Virus record (IMG/VR): IMGVR_UViG_3300011008_000003
Origin: a virus
Lineage: Duplodnaviria; Heunggongvirae; Uroviricota; Caudoviricetes
Strand: one strand, 5' to 3'
Length of the DNA: 64,000 nt
In this document: piece after piece, positions 46,298-55,303 of the stretch
Position numbering within the stretch: position 1 is the stretch's first letter
Layout of the letters: each line of letters begins with the position of its first letter
Program-made: the position numbers and the translations under genes
The notes under the pieces: model-generated
The model's database searches: none
Told to the model about the DNA's origin: nothing
What the model saw: only the letters and a program-made list of their open reading frames with translations

Positions 46298-46542
46298 TAT
46301 CTTACCTCGATGCACTTGTAGGAGAAATAGGTTTTATAGTCGATTACGACACCGACCGTATCGTTTGCGAAAAAATCCGGATTCTTGCTCTGAGCATGGA
46401 AATAACGCTTGGAATATTCCTGTTCGAAATCGGAACCGGCGAGTTCACATGCCGTACGGGAAGTAAATCCCGGAACAGAAGTCATGGCTGTCTGCGGATT
46501 AGTCATTCCGGTGACCATCATCATCAAAACCAAAGTAAACAT
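46297..46542 (-). CDS. Small exported protein
   Basis: Hydrophobic N-terminus; GFTSRTACELAG..C. Confidence 0.7.
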   Translation of the reverse strand: MFTLVLMMMVTGMTNPQTAMTSVPGFTSRTACELAGSDFEQEYSKRYFHAQSKNPDFFANDTVGVVIDYKTYFSYKCIEVR

Positions 46543-46544
46543 TA

Positions 46545-46757
46545 CTAGACTCCCTTATAAGCGTTATAAATTCGACGTGCTACTGATTTTGGAGATTTTT
46601 TCTGAATAAACGCGACATTAATACACGGCATGTTTTCCGCGATAATCTGGTCGTAATCCAAATCGGGTTGGCAGGCAAACTCGTTATAAAGTTCATGTAA
46701 AACGTCTTCGACGAAATATTCTTTCTTATATTCCGTTTTAACTGTTACTTTTTTCAT
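46545..46757 (-). CDS. Hypothetical protein
   Basis: AACCAAGGAG leader. Confidence 0.75.
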   Translation of the reverse strand: MKKVTVKTEYKKEYFVEDVLHELYNEFACQPDLDYDQIIAENMPCINVAFIQKKSPKSVARRIYNAYKGV

Positions 46758-46780
46758 AGTTACTCCTTGGTTATATTCAC

Positions 46781-46817
46781 AATATAGAAAAAGGGTTGAC
46801 TTGCGTCAACCCCTTTT
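46781..46817 (-). promoter_or_regulatory. Fused terminator/early promoter element
   Basis: GGGTTGAC-GCAA-GTCAACCC-TTTTT-C-TATATT. Confidence 0.9.
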
Positions 46818-46835
46818 TGTACCAAGGAAATGCTT

Positions 46836-47288
46836 TTATTCTTCTTTAAGCCATCGGTCAATCGGTTTCAGGATATACATGTCGATGCCATAGAAGAAAC
46901 CCACAATTAATACAATAAGCAGAATGCCGGTTTCGAAACAGAAAATCATTCCGCCGATTACCGTGATTCCCAACATGTAACCATTGCGAGGAATATACTT
47001 GTCGTGTTCTTCCCAGTATTCGGAACAGGTAATGTCCTTATAGACCTTATATGACAGTTTTGCACCTGTATTATCGATTAATGCATAATTAGACGTGTCA
47101 TATTCATTTAGGCCAAGCTGTTGGTCGATACATGTCGGCGACTTGTTCATGAATCCGTCAAAACCGGAGAACCACATCCAACGAACAGACAGGAAATTAC
47201 ACACAAGCAAGAACAGAACAGCGATTACGATTCCGGTCCACTTGATTGTACCCTTCAGGGCGTTTTTAGTCTTACGCTTCATCGTCAC
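46836..47288 (-). CDS. Two-TM membrane protein with exported Cys loop
   Basis: KSPTC..TCSEYW..IDRWL; paralog of next gene. Confidence 0.75.
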   Translation of the reverse strand: MTMKRKTKNALKGTIKWTGIVIAVLFLLVCNFLSVRWMWFSGFDGFMNKSPTCIDQQLGLNEYDTSNYALIDNTGAKLSYKVYKDITCSEYWEEHDKYIPRNGYMLGITVIGGMIFCFETGILLIVLIVGFFYGIDMYILKPIDRWLKEE

Positions 47289-47686
47289 CCTCCGTCTGCC
47301 ACCAGTCTACAATCTTATCCTTTAGCCACTTTGCGATATTGTAGAGCAAAATGCCGATTAATATAACATCAATGCCGAGAATTAACAGCGCGATAAGCTG
47401 GAATATGACACCGACATTGTGGGACATTTTCGGGTGAGTGTAATATTCATAGCAAGTCGAATATTCGTCAATTTTTTCAAGAGACGTTCCGTCCTTGCTG
47501 ACCTCGTATGCGTACACGGCCTTCTCACTCGCACATTCGGGCGCTTTAGAGAGCTCAACGCACTGTAGGTGGTCAACTTGATACCATCGGCGCAAAAAAG
47601 GCCTTATAGGGCATAATCTGTGCAAATAACAGCGCCAGGATGCCGATTACTGACGCCCATTTCTGTCTACGGGTTAGATACTTCAT
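47272..47686 (-). pseudogene. Frameshifted two-TM membrane protein (paralog of 46836-47288)
   Basis: ATG 47686 with GAGGA RBS gives MKYLTRRQKW+TM that stops near 47575; +1 frame gives KAPEC..TCYEYY..TM..IVDWW; T6 run at 47594-47599. Confidence 0.6.
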
Positions 47687-47693
47687 CTTTCCT

Positions 47694-48029
47694 CTAAGTA
47701 TAATCTTCGTTATATTCTGTTTCTTCTACCGATGCAGGAGGTTCCTTGACTTCGGGCTTGCTGTCAGTACCGACTGCGGCGATATAGGCGTTTATGCCCT
47801 TATATGTATCAAGGTTAAGCTTCATTTCGACGTTCTTGTTACGGAAAACAATACCGTCATTGAAACCGTAACAAAGAGTACAGTCAAGACAGTTGATATG
47901 GAAACGCTTTCCATAATACTCGTCGTTTTCAATAGTAATATTGATAACGTCGACATCCCAGAAACAAGAAAAATTACAATCCCGTTCTGAGACGTCAAAA
48001 TGAATGAATTTTCCTTCGCGAACCTTCAT
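47694..48029 (-). CDS. Hypothetical protein
   Basis: Coupled ORF. Confidence 0.7.
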   Translation of the reverse strand: MKVREGKFIHFDVSERDCNFSCFWDVDVINITIENDEYYGKRFHINCLDCTLCYGFNDGIVFRNKNVEMKLNLDTYKGINAYIAAVGTDSKPEVKEPPASVEETEYNEDYT

Positions 48030-48238
48030 TAATCCTGGCACTCCAAGTTCGGAATATATTTTTCTTTGATCTCATCCGGAGCGTCGATAAGGTCGACCGT
48101 AATTTCATCCGGCTTGATCGGTTCCTTCGTAAGGCCCATCAGGGTGATGGCCTTCATTTCGTCGTACTGTTCGTCAGTCGCGTTATCAGGGACTTCGAAT
48201 TCACGAATAGCGGTGTAGGTAATCTTAAACTTCTTCAT
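48029..48238 (-). CDS. Hypothetical protein
   Basis: AACCAAGGAG leader. Confidence 0.75.
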   Translation of the reverse strand: MKKFKITYTAIREFEVPDNATDEQYDEMKAITLMGLTKEPIKPDEITVDLIDAPDEIKEKYIPNLECQD

Positions 48239-48276
48239 TTTTAACTCCTTGGTTTAATGTTCTTGAAGATGTTATC

Positions 48277-48305
48277 AATATAGCAAATAAAAACGTTCTT
48301 GTAAA
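48277..48305 (-). promoter_or_regulatory. Early promoter TTTACA-N17-TATATT
   Basis: Consensus. Confidence 0.75.
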
Positions 48306-48308
48306 CCC

Positions 48309-49163
48309 TTACATCAGCGACTTTATGTCGACGCCGGCCTTTTCGGCGAGCTTTTTGGCGATTTCTTCCCAGTTGACTTCCTTTTGGGGATTTTTCTTCT
48401 TCGCCGTGGAATTCTTCTTCGGGGGTTTCTTGGCTTTCACCATTTCGGTCACTCGTTCGAGAATTCCCATATGTTTCAAAATCTGTATGGCCTTACGCAT
48501 ATAATCGCCGTCTTTCAGGAATTCCTGTTTTTCATAGCTGGACCTACGAAGTTTGGAAACATACAGGTTAATAAACTTGTCGGAAACATTCTTGAATACG
48601 TATTTAATCGGTTTATACCTATCGAAATCGCCTGCGAGACGATCATCCGGGCCGATCGGTCTTGTTATGACTTGGGTATGTATACCGCCGATTTTAAGCG
48701 GCTGGTTAATGAGTTTTGTACAATATGCCTGTTTAAATTCAAGACCGACCACAGTTGAATATTCGCCAAATGACATATTCGCATCTGCCGTATATCCGTC
48801 ATTTTCTTCATCGCATGAACTGAATAAAATACCGTCGTAGATAGTATCGTCGATACAAATCTTATGTCCGTTATAATCGGTTTCGTCTACTTCGACTTCA
48901 TGCGGGTGCGGTTCTTTACATTCAAGATGAATATCGTGAACCTTGAAATGATAATATTTAGTAGACCTGTACGGTTTTTCAATCTGGTCTTCCGGGATAT
49001 ATTCGTGATAATCCAACGCGTCGTCAAGATATGCATGGAAACAGTACGAGATAACAAGCCCGTCAGCACGCTTGACAGCCTTCCACGAATCAACGGTATA
49101 TTCTTTACCGTCAGATTTCCTGATGAACTTGTCGCCGAGATAATACTTAAGCTTGATTTTCAT
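48309..49163 (-). CDS. Hypothetical protein
   Basis: 284 aa. Confidence 0.75.
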   Translation of the reverse strand: MKIKLKYYLGDKFIRKSDGKEYTVDSWKAVKRADGLVISYCFHAYLDDALDYHEYIPEDQIEKPYRSTKYYHFKVHDIHLECKEPHPHEVEVDETDYNGHKICIDDTIYDGILFSSCDEENDGYTADANMSFGEYSTVVGLEFKQAYCTKLINQPLKIGGIHTQVITRPIGPDDRLAGDFDRYKPIKYVFKNVSDKFINLYVSKLRRSSYEKQEFLKDGDYMRKAIQILKHMGILERVTEMVKAKKPPKKNSTAKKKNPQKEVNWEEIAKKLAEKAGVDIKSLM

Positions 49164-49168
49164 TCTAA

Positions 49169-49393
49169 TTACCCAAACGTTACGGTAGTGGTGAAAGTTA
49201 CTTTCAGAACGGTAAGGTTCTGTGCGTTGAAATTCTTCTTCAGATAATCAAGGGTACGATTTGCAGAATCTTCAGATTCATGCTTCATAGCCCATTCGGG
49301 ACTGGTACAATAGACGATGTGCTTCTTGTCCGCGAAAGACCAGTTCTGAACAGCCTTGCCCGTTGCCGGATTGACAATGATATATTTAGACAT
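49169..49393 (-). CDS. Hypothetical protein
   Basis: AACCAAGGAG leader. Confidence 0.75.
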   Translation of the reverse strand: MSKYIIVNPATGKAVQNWSFADKKHIVYCTSPEWAMKHESEDSANRTLDYLKKNFNAQNLTVLKVTFTTTVTFG

Positions 49394-49417
49394 GTTTACT
49401 CCTTGGTTACATGACTA

Positions 49418-49451
49418 AATATAGAAAAAGGGCTGACTTTCGTCAACCCTT
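49418..49451 (-). promoter_or_regulatory. Fused terminator/early promoter element
   Basis: AAGGGTTGAC-GAAA-GTCAGCCCTTTTT-C-TATATT (same as 35097 copy). Confidence 0.9.
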
Positions 49452-49821
49452 ACTTATTAAAAGGAATAAGCTTTTTCGTCAGATTCATCAATAAAACCAT
49501 ATCTATATCCGGGTCACGTAATGATTTTATCAATTCCGGCGTTCGAAATTCTTGCTTTATTAATCGCAGAAGATTAGCTTGCAAAGAATCTACAGGAAAC
49601 CAGACACGGTTATGAGTCGCTATTTTTATACAGACATGATTTTCTCTATATTTGTCTATACATTTTCGGACAACCTTTTTGCCATGTTCTGTCTTTTTAT
49701 ATTTTTTAGCATATTCGGCCATTACACGTTTTCCGTTTGCTGACTCACGGTATTTCTTACCCTGTATACGGTGCATAGCCAGTCTATGCTGTCTTGCTTC
49801 TTCACTTTCGTTTTTCGGCAT
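49450..49821 (-). CDS. Basic protein resembling DNA-binding N-terminus of homing endonucleases
   Basis: KKYRESANGK / KKYKKTEHGK repeats; no HNH motif. Confidence 0.55.
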   Translation of the reverse strand: MPKNESEEARQHRLAMHRIQGKKYRESANGKRVMAEYAKKYKKTEHGKKVVRKCIDKYRENHVCIKIATHNRVWFPVDSLQANLLRLIKQEFRTPELIKSLRDPDIDMVLLMNLTKKLIPFNK

Positions 49822-49822
49822 A

Positions 49823-50326
49823 TTAAACCTCCCATGTATCGATAATGTCGTTAAAATCGTCCTTGGCCAGTTTGATTAACTTCTTTATTTCAGTATTGTC
49901 GTCATAAACTTCATCAATATCGCTTTCATGAATATCAAACTGTTCGTCTTCGGAATAGGAAATATAGGACGAACCCCAGTCGCTTGTCAAATGAGCAACC
50001 CGTTTCCATTCGTCATTAAATGTGATATGGACAATCTTGGCATGACAACGGAAAAACCCGTGACCCTTGAAATCGATACCGAGAACATGGACAATCTTGA
50101 TGTCGTTCTTATTCGGTACACTCGACATCATCGTTACATGTCTTCCGTATATTACGAGATACTTGTCCTTATATTTAGCCTCGAGTTCAGACTTGCTAGC
50201 CTGAGCTTTCTTTTCCTTGGCTTCTTGCAGACATCTATCTGAAAATTCACGAAGACTACGAAGTGAATTCTCGTCCGTTATCGTCTTTATCTTATTCTTG
50301 AGTTCTTGTAATTCCGTTTCTGCCAT
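49823..50326 (-). CDS. Hypothetical protein
   Basis: AAGGA RBS after promoter. Confidence 0.75.
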   Translation of the reverse strand: MAETELQELKNKIKTITDENSLRSLREFSDRCLQEAKEKKAQASKSELEAKYKDKYLVIYGRHVTMMSSVPNKNDIKIVHVLGIDFKGHGFFRCHAKIVHITFNDEWKRVAHLTSDWGSSYISYSEDEQFDIHESDIDEVYDDNTEIKKLIKLAKDDFNDIIDTWEV

Positions 50327-50345
50327 ATAGAATCCTTTTTTACCA

Positions 50346-50374
50346 AATATAGTAAAAAATTACTCAGCCGTAAA
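50346..50374 (-). promoter_or_regulatory. Early promoter TTTACG-N17-TATATT
   Basis: Consensus spacing. Confidence 0.7.
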
Positions 50375-50842
50375 CTATTTTTCAGTTTCGTCTAAAACTT
50401 CCCTAAATAATCCCTCGACCTTAAGGCCTTCGTTACTAGAAGTATCAAGATTGAGCGGCTTCATGTAGCCACAGACATAATAGCCCTTGCTGTCAACGTA
50501 TATTTCCTTTTCAAGCTTGGAATCGTAATAATGAAGTTCGATATATATCTTTGTCTGGCTGTTAATATAACGGTTCAGAATCTTATGGACTTTGAAATCC
50601 TGAAATTCGTCAAACGTAATATACATCGTGCCGGCATTATTGAATTCGACCTTTCTTGCACGAATCATAAGTTCGTCATTGTTGGCCAGTTCATATTCTT
50701 TAGTCTGACGATTCTTTACCAATGTAGCGAAAGTTACCTGGAAAAGATATGACTTTGCCAAATCCGGCAGTTTGACAAGTTTCTTTGAAAAAACGTTAGC
50801 CGTGGTAGATTTTACTTGTTTATTTTCATTTTTCATATTCAT
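50375..50842 (-). CDS. Tail-tube (T4 gp19)-like protein in an early operon
   Basis: DLAKSYLFQVTF..LMIRARKVEF..ITFDEFQDFKV..IELHYYD..LNLDTSS..VEGLF pattern. Confidence 0.55.
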   Translation of the reverse strand: MNMKNENKQVKSTTANVFSKKLVKLPDLAKSYLFQVTFATLVKNRQTKEYELANNDELMIRARKVEFNNAGTMYITFDEFQDFKVHKILNRYINSQTKIYIELHYYDSKLEKEIYVDSKGYYVCGYMKPLNLDTSSNEGLKVEGLFREVLDETEK

Positions 50843-50963
50843 CTCTCTGTTGTTCGATAAAATCCGGAAGTTGCGGATATTCTCTTCTTATTAATTCTAA
50901 TGGTTTTTCTTTTTGTTCAGATCTGTCGATTTGAACCTGTATAAAATCCGGTAATTGTTCCAT
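50826..50963 (-). CDS. 45-aa leaderless peptide with duplicated QLPDFI
   Basis: Manual: MEQLPDFIQVQIDRSEQKEKPLELIRREYPQLPDFIEQQRDEYEK. Confidence 0.55.
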   Translation of the reverse strand: MEQLPDFIQVQIDRSEQKEKPLELIRREYPQLPDFIEQQRDEYEK

Positions 50964-50970
50964 GAGAGTA

Positions 50971-51006
50971 AATATAGAAAAAGACCGGCTTAATAGTCGG
51001 TCTTTT
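50971..51006 (-). promoter_or_regulatory. Terminator hairpin fused to -10 box (variant element)
   Basis: AAGACCGAC..GCCGGTCTTTTT-C-TATATT; weak -35. Confidence 0.65.
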
Positions 51007-51028
51007 ATTTTTATTTGAAAAATTTTAT

Positions 51029-51352
51029 TTACTTAACTTCAGGTTCGTCCAGAATACGCTGAACCCAATTCTGAGCCGAAGCTACGCCCTGAATCAACGT
51101 GATATTATCGGTTCCGAGAAGCTCTGGCCCTACGGCATTGAACACGTCCTTGCAGTTCTTCAGGCATTCAGTCATTCGCTTGACCTTATCCTGATACTTT
51201 AAGTTAAGCATGTTGGCGTCAACGACATCGCAATACATGCTTGCCTGGCTATTTTCAAGTTTCTTCTCGAGTTCGGCCACCTTGCGTTCGGCTTCTTGCC
51301 ATTTCGCAAAATAGTCGTTTGTCGGATTCGGATTTTGCTTTGCTTCTTCCAT
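51029..51352 (-). CDS. Hypothetical coiled-coil protein
   Basis: GAGGA RBS. Confidence 0.75.
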   Translation of the reverse strand: MEEAKQNPNPTNDYFAKWQEAERKVAELEKKLENSQASMYCDVVDANMLNLKYQDKVKRMTECLKNCKDVFNAVGPELLGTDNITLIQGVASAQNWVQRILDEPEVK

Positions 51353-51354
51353 AA

Positions 51355-51834
51355 TTAATCCTCGTCCTCGTTTTCTTCATCCTCGTCGTCACCATTATAC
51401 GGATCATCTTGACGTGCGTCAAAATCCTTCTTGGTTTCAATCCAGTAAACGTTATCGACGTACAAATCCGGAACCATCTTGAAAATATACTTTCCTTCCT
51501 CGATATGTTCACCTTCGATTTCACCTTCATATCTTGAAAGAAGTTTTTCTGCTGCGTCGTCAAGATCTTCTACATATGTCGGGTATTCGACTGCCGGAAT
51601 ATCCTTGTCGTGGTCATTAAATACATAATTTCCGACGATATAGCCAGGAGCGCCAGTATTTTCAATCAACAGGGCAACACATTCGCCATTATCCATATAA
51701 GGATCGGCAAGTCCGAATTCAATTGCTGAATTATCCTTTTCCTGTTTCTTCAGGAAATTAATAATCTTTACAAGAACTTCTGCTCTGGTAAGATATTGAG
51801 TTTTAGTCTTGGTTTTTGTTTGCTTTTTTGACAT
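51355..51834 (-). CDS. Acidic hypothetical protein
   Basis: GGAG RBS before MSKKQT; D/E-rich tail. Confidence 0.75.
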   Translation of the reverse strand: MSKKQTKTKTKTQYLTRAEVLVKIINFLKKQEKDNSAIEFGLADPYMDNGECVALLIENTGAPGYIVGNYVFNDHDKDIPAVEYPTYVEDLDDAAEKLLSRYEGEIEGEHIEEGKYIFKMVPDLYVDNVYWIETKKDFDARQDDPYNGDDEDEENEDED

Positions 51835-52369
51835 GGTAATTCTCCAGTTCGTCAGATTTGATAACTTTTGCAAAATTCTTGAACATCAATGTACTGATTT
51901 TTGTAAGTTCGCGCTCGGCCTGTTCCTTTGTAAGGACCTTCAGGTGATTAATATCGTCAATTCGATATTCGTTAAGATTATCGCCACCGAACTTGACTGT
52001 AATTTCTTTATCCGGCTTAGACTGGGTAAACGTGACAAGATTGGAAATCTTGAGATAAACGCAGTCACCGCCCATCCAGCTATTAAAACCTTCGACATAG
52101 AAAATACGGTATTGCGGCCGTTCCTTTTCGTTTTCGTATTCGTCCATGCACATCGTACCAGGAATCTTAACCCATTTATGGATATACGGGTTCATTTTTT
52201 CAGAAACACCCTTTTCATACAGTTTAGTACGAACAGCGTTAAGCTGACGTTCAACTTCATCCTTCAACGAGGTAAGTTTCTTAAACTGTGCTTGCAAATC
52301 AGTTTCTGAATGTTTTTCGTGGAATTCGTTATACTTATTCACGTCGACTTTATTGATTTTCTTTGCCAT
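51803..52369 (-). CDS. Hypothetical protein
   Basis: GGAG RBS. Confidence 0.75.
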   Translation of the reverse strand: MAKKINKVDVNKYNEFHEKHSETDLQAQFKKLTSLKDEVERQLNAVRTKLYEKGVSEKMNPYIHKWVKIPGTMCMDEYENEKERPQYRIFYVEGFNSWMGGDCVYLKISNLVTFTQSKPDKEITVKFGGDNLNEYRIDDINHLKVLTKEQAERELTKISTLMFKNFAKVIKSDELENYHVKKANKNQD

Positions 52370-52742
52370 AATAATTCTCCAAAGAATGAATTTTCTTGAC
52401 TACATAGTTCGTCATTCGCCTTAACCATCTTTCCGTAAGTTCGTCGAGGTTCTTATCCTGCCAGTTCATGAAATGATAGGTCGGCATAAAATAATCAAGA
52501 TTAAAATGCGACTTTTCGATGTAATAGTAAAATCGCAGATGTGCTTCGGTTTCTTTTAACGGCATGACACATACACCGTCACTGGTATATTCTTCGCAAC
52601 CCTCGACGACGACAAGAATACCTGTTCCGTTCTTGAATATTTTACTATCGAATACATAATCATAATGGTATTCGGGATAATTCGAGTCTTTGCGGTACAG
52701 ACCGAATTCTTTCAGGATTTTATCTACTTCGGTAAGAGTCAT
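52350..52742 (-). CDS. Hypothetical protein, possible distant member of the paralog array
   Basis: EVDKILKEFGL..IFKNGTG. Confidence 0.7.
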   Translation of the reverse strand: MTLTEVDKILKEFGLYRKDSNYPEYHYDYVFDSKIFKNGTGILVVVEGCEEYTSDGVCVMPLKETEAHLRFYYYIEKSHFNLDYFMPTYHFMNWQDKNLDELTERWLRRMTNYVVKKIHSLENYYGKENQ

Positions 52743-52743
52743 T

Positions 52744-53025
52744 TTAATCCCAGTGTACAGTTATAGAATCGAGATAGCCATAACCGTCTCGAGTATCTAC
52801 TATCTTGTAGCCTTTCTTTTCAAGTACAACAGAAATATGTGGAAGCGTAAGATTATATTTGTCCATCATATATTTGCGATAGAACGTTGTTTCAGTTCTA
52901 CCGCCCCGGTTCATCATAATCAGTTCATTCTTGATTTTCTTCCAACCAGCTTCTTGCTTCTGTTTAATTTCAGCACTTTGCCGAGCTTTTCGGAGTTCTT
53001 CTACAGATGGTATTTCGTCTTCCAT
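52744..53025 (-). CDS. Hypothetical protein
   Basis: LEKKGYKI..ITVHW. Confidence 0.7.
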   Translation of the reverse strand: MEDEIPSVEELRKARQSAEIKQKQEAGWKKIKNELIMMNRGGRTETTFYRKYMMDKYNLTLPHISVVLEKKGYKIVDTRDGYGYLDSITVHWD

Positions 53026-53048
53026 AAATATTTCCCTTAATCATTAAC

Positions 53049-53082
53049 AATATAGAAAAAGGGCTGACTCTCGTCAACCCTT
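53049..53082 (-). promoter_or_regulatory. Fused terminator/early promoter element
   Basis: AAGGGTTGAC-GAGA-GTCAGCCCTTTTT-C-TATATT. Confidence 0.9.
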
Positions 53083-53106
53083 TAAAAGCATAATTATTAT
53101 TTAGAC

Positions 53107-53370
53107 TTATCGCAGCTCGTTTAAATATTTATCGAGAATCGAATAAGAAAATGCCTTAGGCGGTTCACCCATAAGAAAACCACGCTGGATTTCGTTCTTA
53201 TGGTCTTCCAAGAACTGTTCAAACTGATCGTCGAGTTCCAGGCTTACAAAACCGTCCAAAAGCTTATCATGGAAAATTCCGTACCATTCCTTATATTGCG
53301 GTTCGTCGAAAACAGATTCAACAATATATCCGTTTTTCTTTAAAAGCTGAGTGGCTTCGATTAAATTCAT
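53107..53370 (-). CDS. Putative head-internal protein (N-terminal MNLIEATQLLKKNGYIVE tag)
   Basis: Late promoter 53393-53400; AAGGAG RBS. Confidence 0.75.
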   Translation of the reverse strand: MNLIEATQLLKKNGYIVESVFDEPQYKEWYGIFHDKLLDGFVSLELDDQFEQFLEDHKNEIQRGFLMGEPPKAFSYSILDKYLNELR

Positions 53371-53392
53371 TTAAAAACTCCTTACTTTTTAT

Positions 53393-53400
53393 TATTTATA
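53393..53400 (-). promoter_or_regulatory. T4-type late promoter TATAAATA
   Basis: Exact octamer. Confidence 0.8.
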
Positions 53401-53408
53401 AGAAATTC

Positions 53409-53915
53409 TTAAATACGATTTACATCATCAGTAAATTCAGCCTTGAGCTTGGCCAGTATTTCAGGATTATTTAAGACATCTTCTTCGGTTTGGCCTTCCT
53501 CATCAGAAATTTCAGGGTCATCGCAGATTTCCAGAATATTATTTGCTTCATAACCGATATAGTCACCGTAAAAGCCATTTATCAATTCGTTAAAAACTTC
53601 AGCAGCATCTGTATTTCCTGCCAAATTACCTTCGCCGGCGAACTGACGACAAGCCATAGCGGCATCGTTATCTACAGCTTCGACCATGACTGCATAATTG
53701 TCAGAGAATCCATATTTTTTAACCGTGGTCAAAAGATAGTTTACGACTTCTTCCTTATCCGATGTTACAATATCGATTTGAAAAGAATCCGGTTTATCAT
53801 TTCTGGTATACATATCGCCGGTAACGGTAAAACAGACATAATTATTTCCGGTAGATTCTTTAATAAGGCGATAGCCGTTATTCTTCAGCAATTGTTTTGC
53901 TTCGTTTAAATTCAT
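53409..53915 (-). CDS. Putative head-internal protein (N-terminal MNLNEAKQLLKNNGYRLIKE tag), acidic
   Basis: Late promoter 53935-53942; AGGAG RBS. Confidence 0.75.
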   Translation of the reverse strand: MNLNEAKQLLKNNGYRLIKESTGNNYVCFTVTGDMYTRNDKPDSFQIDIVTSDKEEVVNYLLTTVKKYGFSDNYAVMVEAVDNDAAMACRQFAGEGNLAGNTDAAEVFNELINGFYGDYIGYEANNILEICDDPEISDEEGQTEEDVLNNPEILAKLKAEFTDDVNRI

Positions 53916-53934
53916 TTGAAACTCCTGTTTTTAT

Positions 53935-53942
53935 TATTTATA
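53935..53942 (-). promoter_or_regulatory. T4-type late promoter TATAAATA
   Basis: Exact octamer. Confidence 0.8.
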
Positions 53943-54015
53943 AGAATCCTGATTATTAGCGGGAATCTTGATAAAAAACTTGTAAAATAAAACGGCCAAT
54001 TTGGCAAAATTGGCG

Positions 54016-54023
54016 TATAAATA
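54016..54023 (+). promoter_or_regulatory. T4-type late promoter TATAAATA
   Basis: Exact octamer upstream of AAGGA RBS. Confidence 0.8.
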
Positions 54024-54048
54024 AAGTATAAGTATAAGGAAAATTGAT

Positions 54049-54678
54049 ATGAATTTAAATGAATGGGTAATGAATGCGGCCGCCGGCCTTTTGACAGAAG
54101 ATACGCAAGTCGGAGAACAGCTCAGTAAGATTCCTAGGCCTGCCGAATATTCCTGGATGTCAGAAGAACGCTGGAACGAAATGGACGCTGAACAGCAGCA
54201 TACCTGGGTTCGTCAAGTACCGCTGGATGATCCTAACTGGAATGACCAACGCTATACGAAAGATAAAGTCCACATAGCTTTCTGCGACGCATTTGAAAAT
54301 GCACAGAAAGAGAACCCGGTTCCGTTGACTTGGTGTAGAGAAATGTATACAAAAGGATTCGATACATTTACTTTCGGATGTAAGGACCATAAGTACGCAT
54401 TCGATGTCTATGACGTACAGAAGAACGACCCGAATTACGGCCATGCGAATATCTGCGTCTATGTAAAGGATCCGAATATTAAATATCCGGCAAATAACCT
54501 GGTTAGCGCATTCTATGTCAAGAAGGACACTCTTCCGAATGAAGCCAAGTCGATTTTCAGGATAACCAACAGGCTATTTAACGACGGGTTGGAAAAGTTC
54601 AACAAGGATAACGGTTTCATGCTTAAGAACAAGAATGAATCCTATCGACCAATGTCCAAACGTTTGCTTAACGGCTAA
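54049..54678 (+). CDS. Late protein (MNLNE...GLLTE N-terminus)
   Basis: 209 aa; late promoter. Confidence 0.75.
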   Translation: MNLNEWVMNAAAGLLTEDTQVGEQLSKIPRPAEYSWMSEERWNEMDAEQQHTWVRQVPLDDPNWNDQRYTKDKVHIAFCDAFENAQKENPVPLTWCREMYTKGFDTFTFGCKDHKYAFDVYDVQKNDPNYGHANICVYVKDPNIKYPANNLVSAFYVKKDTLPNEAKSIFRITNRLFNDGLEKFNKDNGFMLKNKNESYRPMSKRLLNG

Positions 54679-54685
54679 AATAAAA

Positions 54686-54704
54686 GAGGGAATTAATTTC
54701 CCTC
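54686..54704. terminator. Bidirectional terminator
   Basis: GAGGGAA..TTCCCTC between convergent genes. Confidence 0.6.
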
Positions 54705-54932
54705 GTTTTTTATATAATCGGTATCTTGATTTAATGCGATATAGTTAAACGGTATCGACGTCAAGTTGTCTTTGTACTGTTTTTTCGTAAATCGCCTTAA
54801 TTCCCTGGTAAAATCATCGAAAAGTCTTTGCCTGCCAAGCGGAGACAAATTCTGTTTCGCACCCCTTAGTTCTTTTTCATACTTCAAAATTACCTGGGCG
54901 GCTTCGTAATCATCATAGTAAGAATTTTTCAT
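54693..54932 (-). CDS. Hypothetical protein
   Basis: ATGA-coupled. Confidence 0.65.
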   Translation of the reverse strand: MKNSYYDDYEAAQVILKYEKELRGAKQNLSPLGRQRLFDDFTRELRRFTKKQYKDNLTSIPFNYIALNQDTDYIKNEGN

Positions 54933-55303
54933 AATTCCTCTAACATGGACTCTATTTCATACTGCTTCAGCCTCAATGCGAACGTAAGTGGATCTCCGTA
55001 CAGCAGTCGAAACATGTCGCCGGTCGAAATCCGTAAAACCGCCATCCATGTCCTATAAGGAACTGAATCTGAAACCGCTATCATCTGGCGCCCATATCCG
55101 GTTTTCCCTTTGTTATATATCCTAATAAAATACTTGCCTGAATTGACCTGTATCAACGAAATATCGAACCCGCCGCCGCTGAAACAGTATTCGAGTGTCA
55201 TTCCTTCCAGCGTACCAGCCTGCTGCACGGTCATCAGTGTCCATCCGTAACGCATCAGCTCGTCATAAACGGAATTTACGCTATAAGTAAGCAGTGGAAT
55301 CAT
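54929..55303 (-). CDS. Hypothetical protein
   Basis: ATGA-coupled start MIPLLT. Confidence 0.65.
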   Translation of the reverse strand: MIPLLTYSVNSVYDELMRYGWTLMTVQQAGTLEGMTLEYCFSGGGFDISLIQVNSGKYFIRIYNKGKTGYGRQMIAVSDSVPYRTWMAVLRISTGDMFRLLYGDPLTFALRLKQYEIESMLEEL

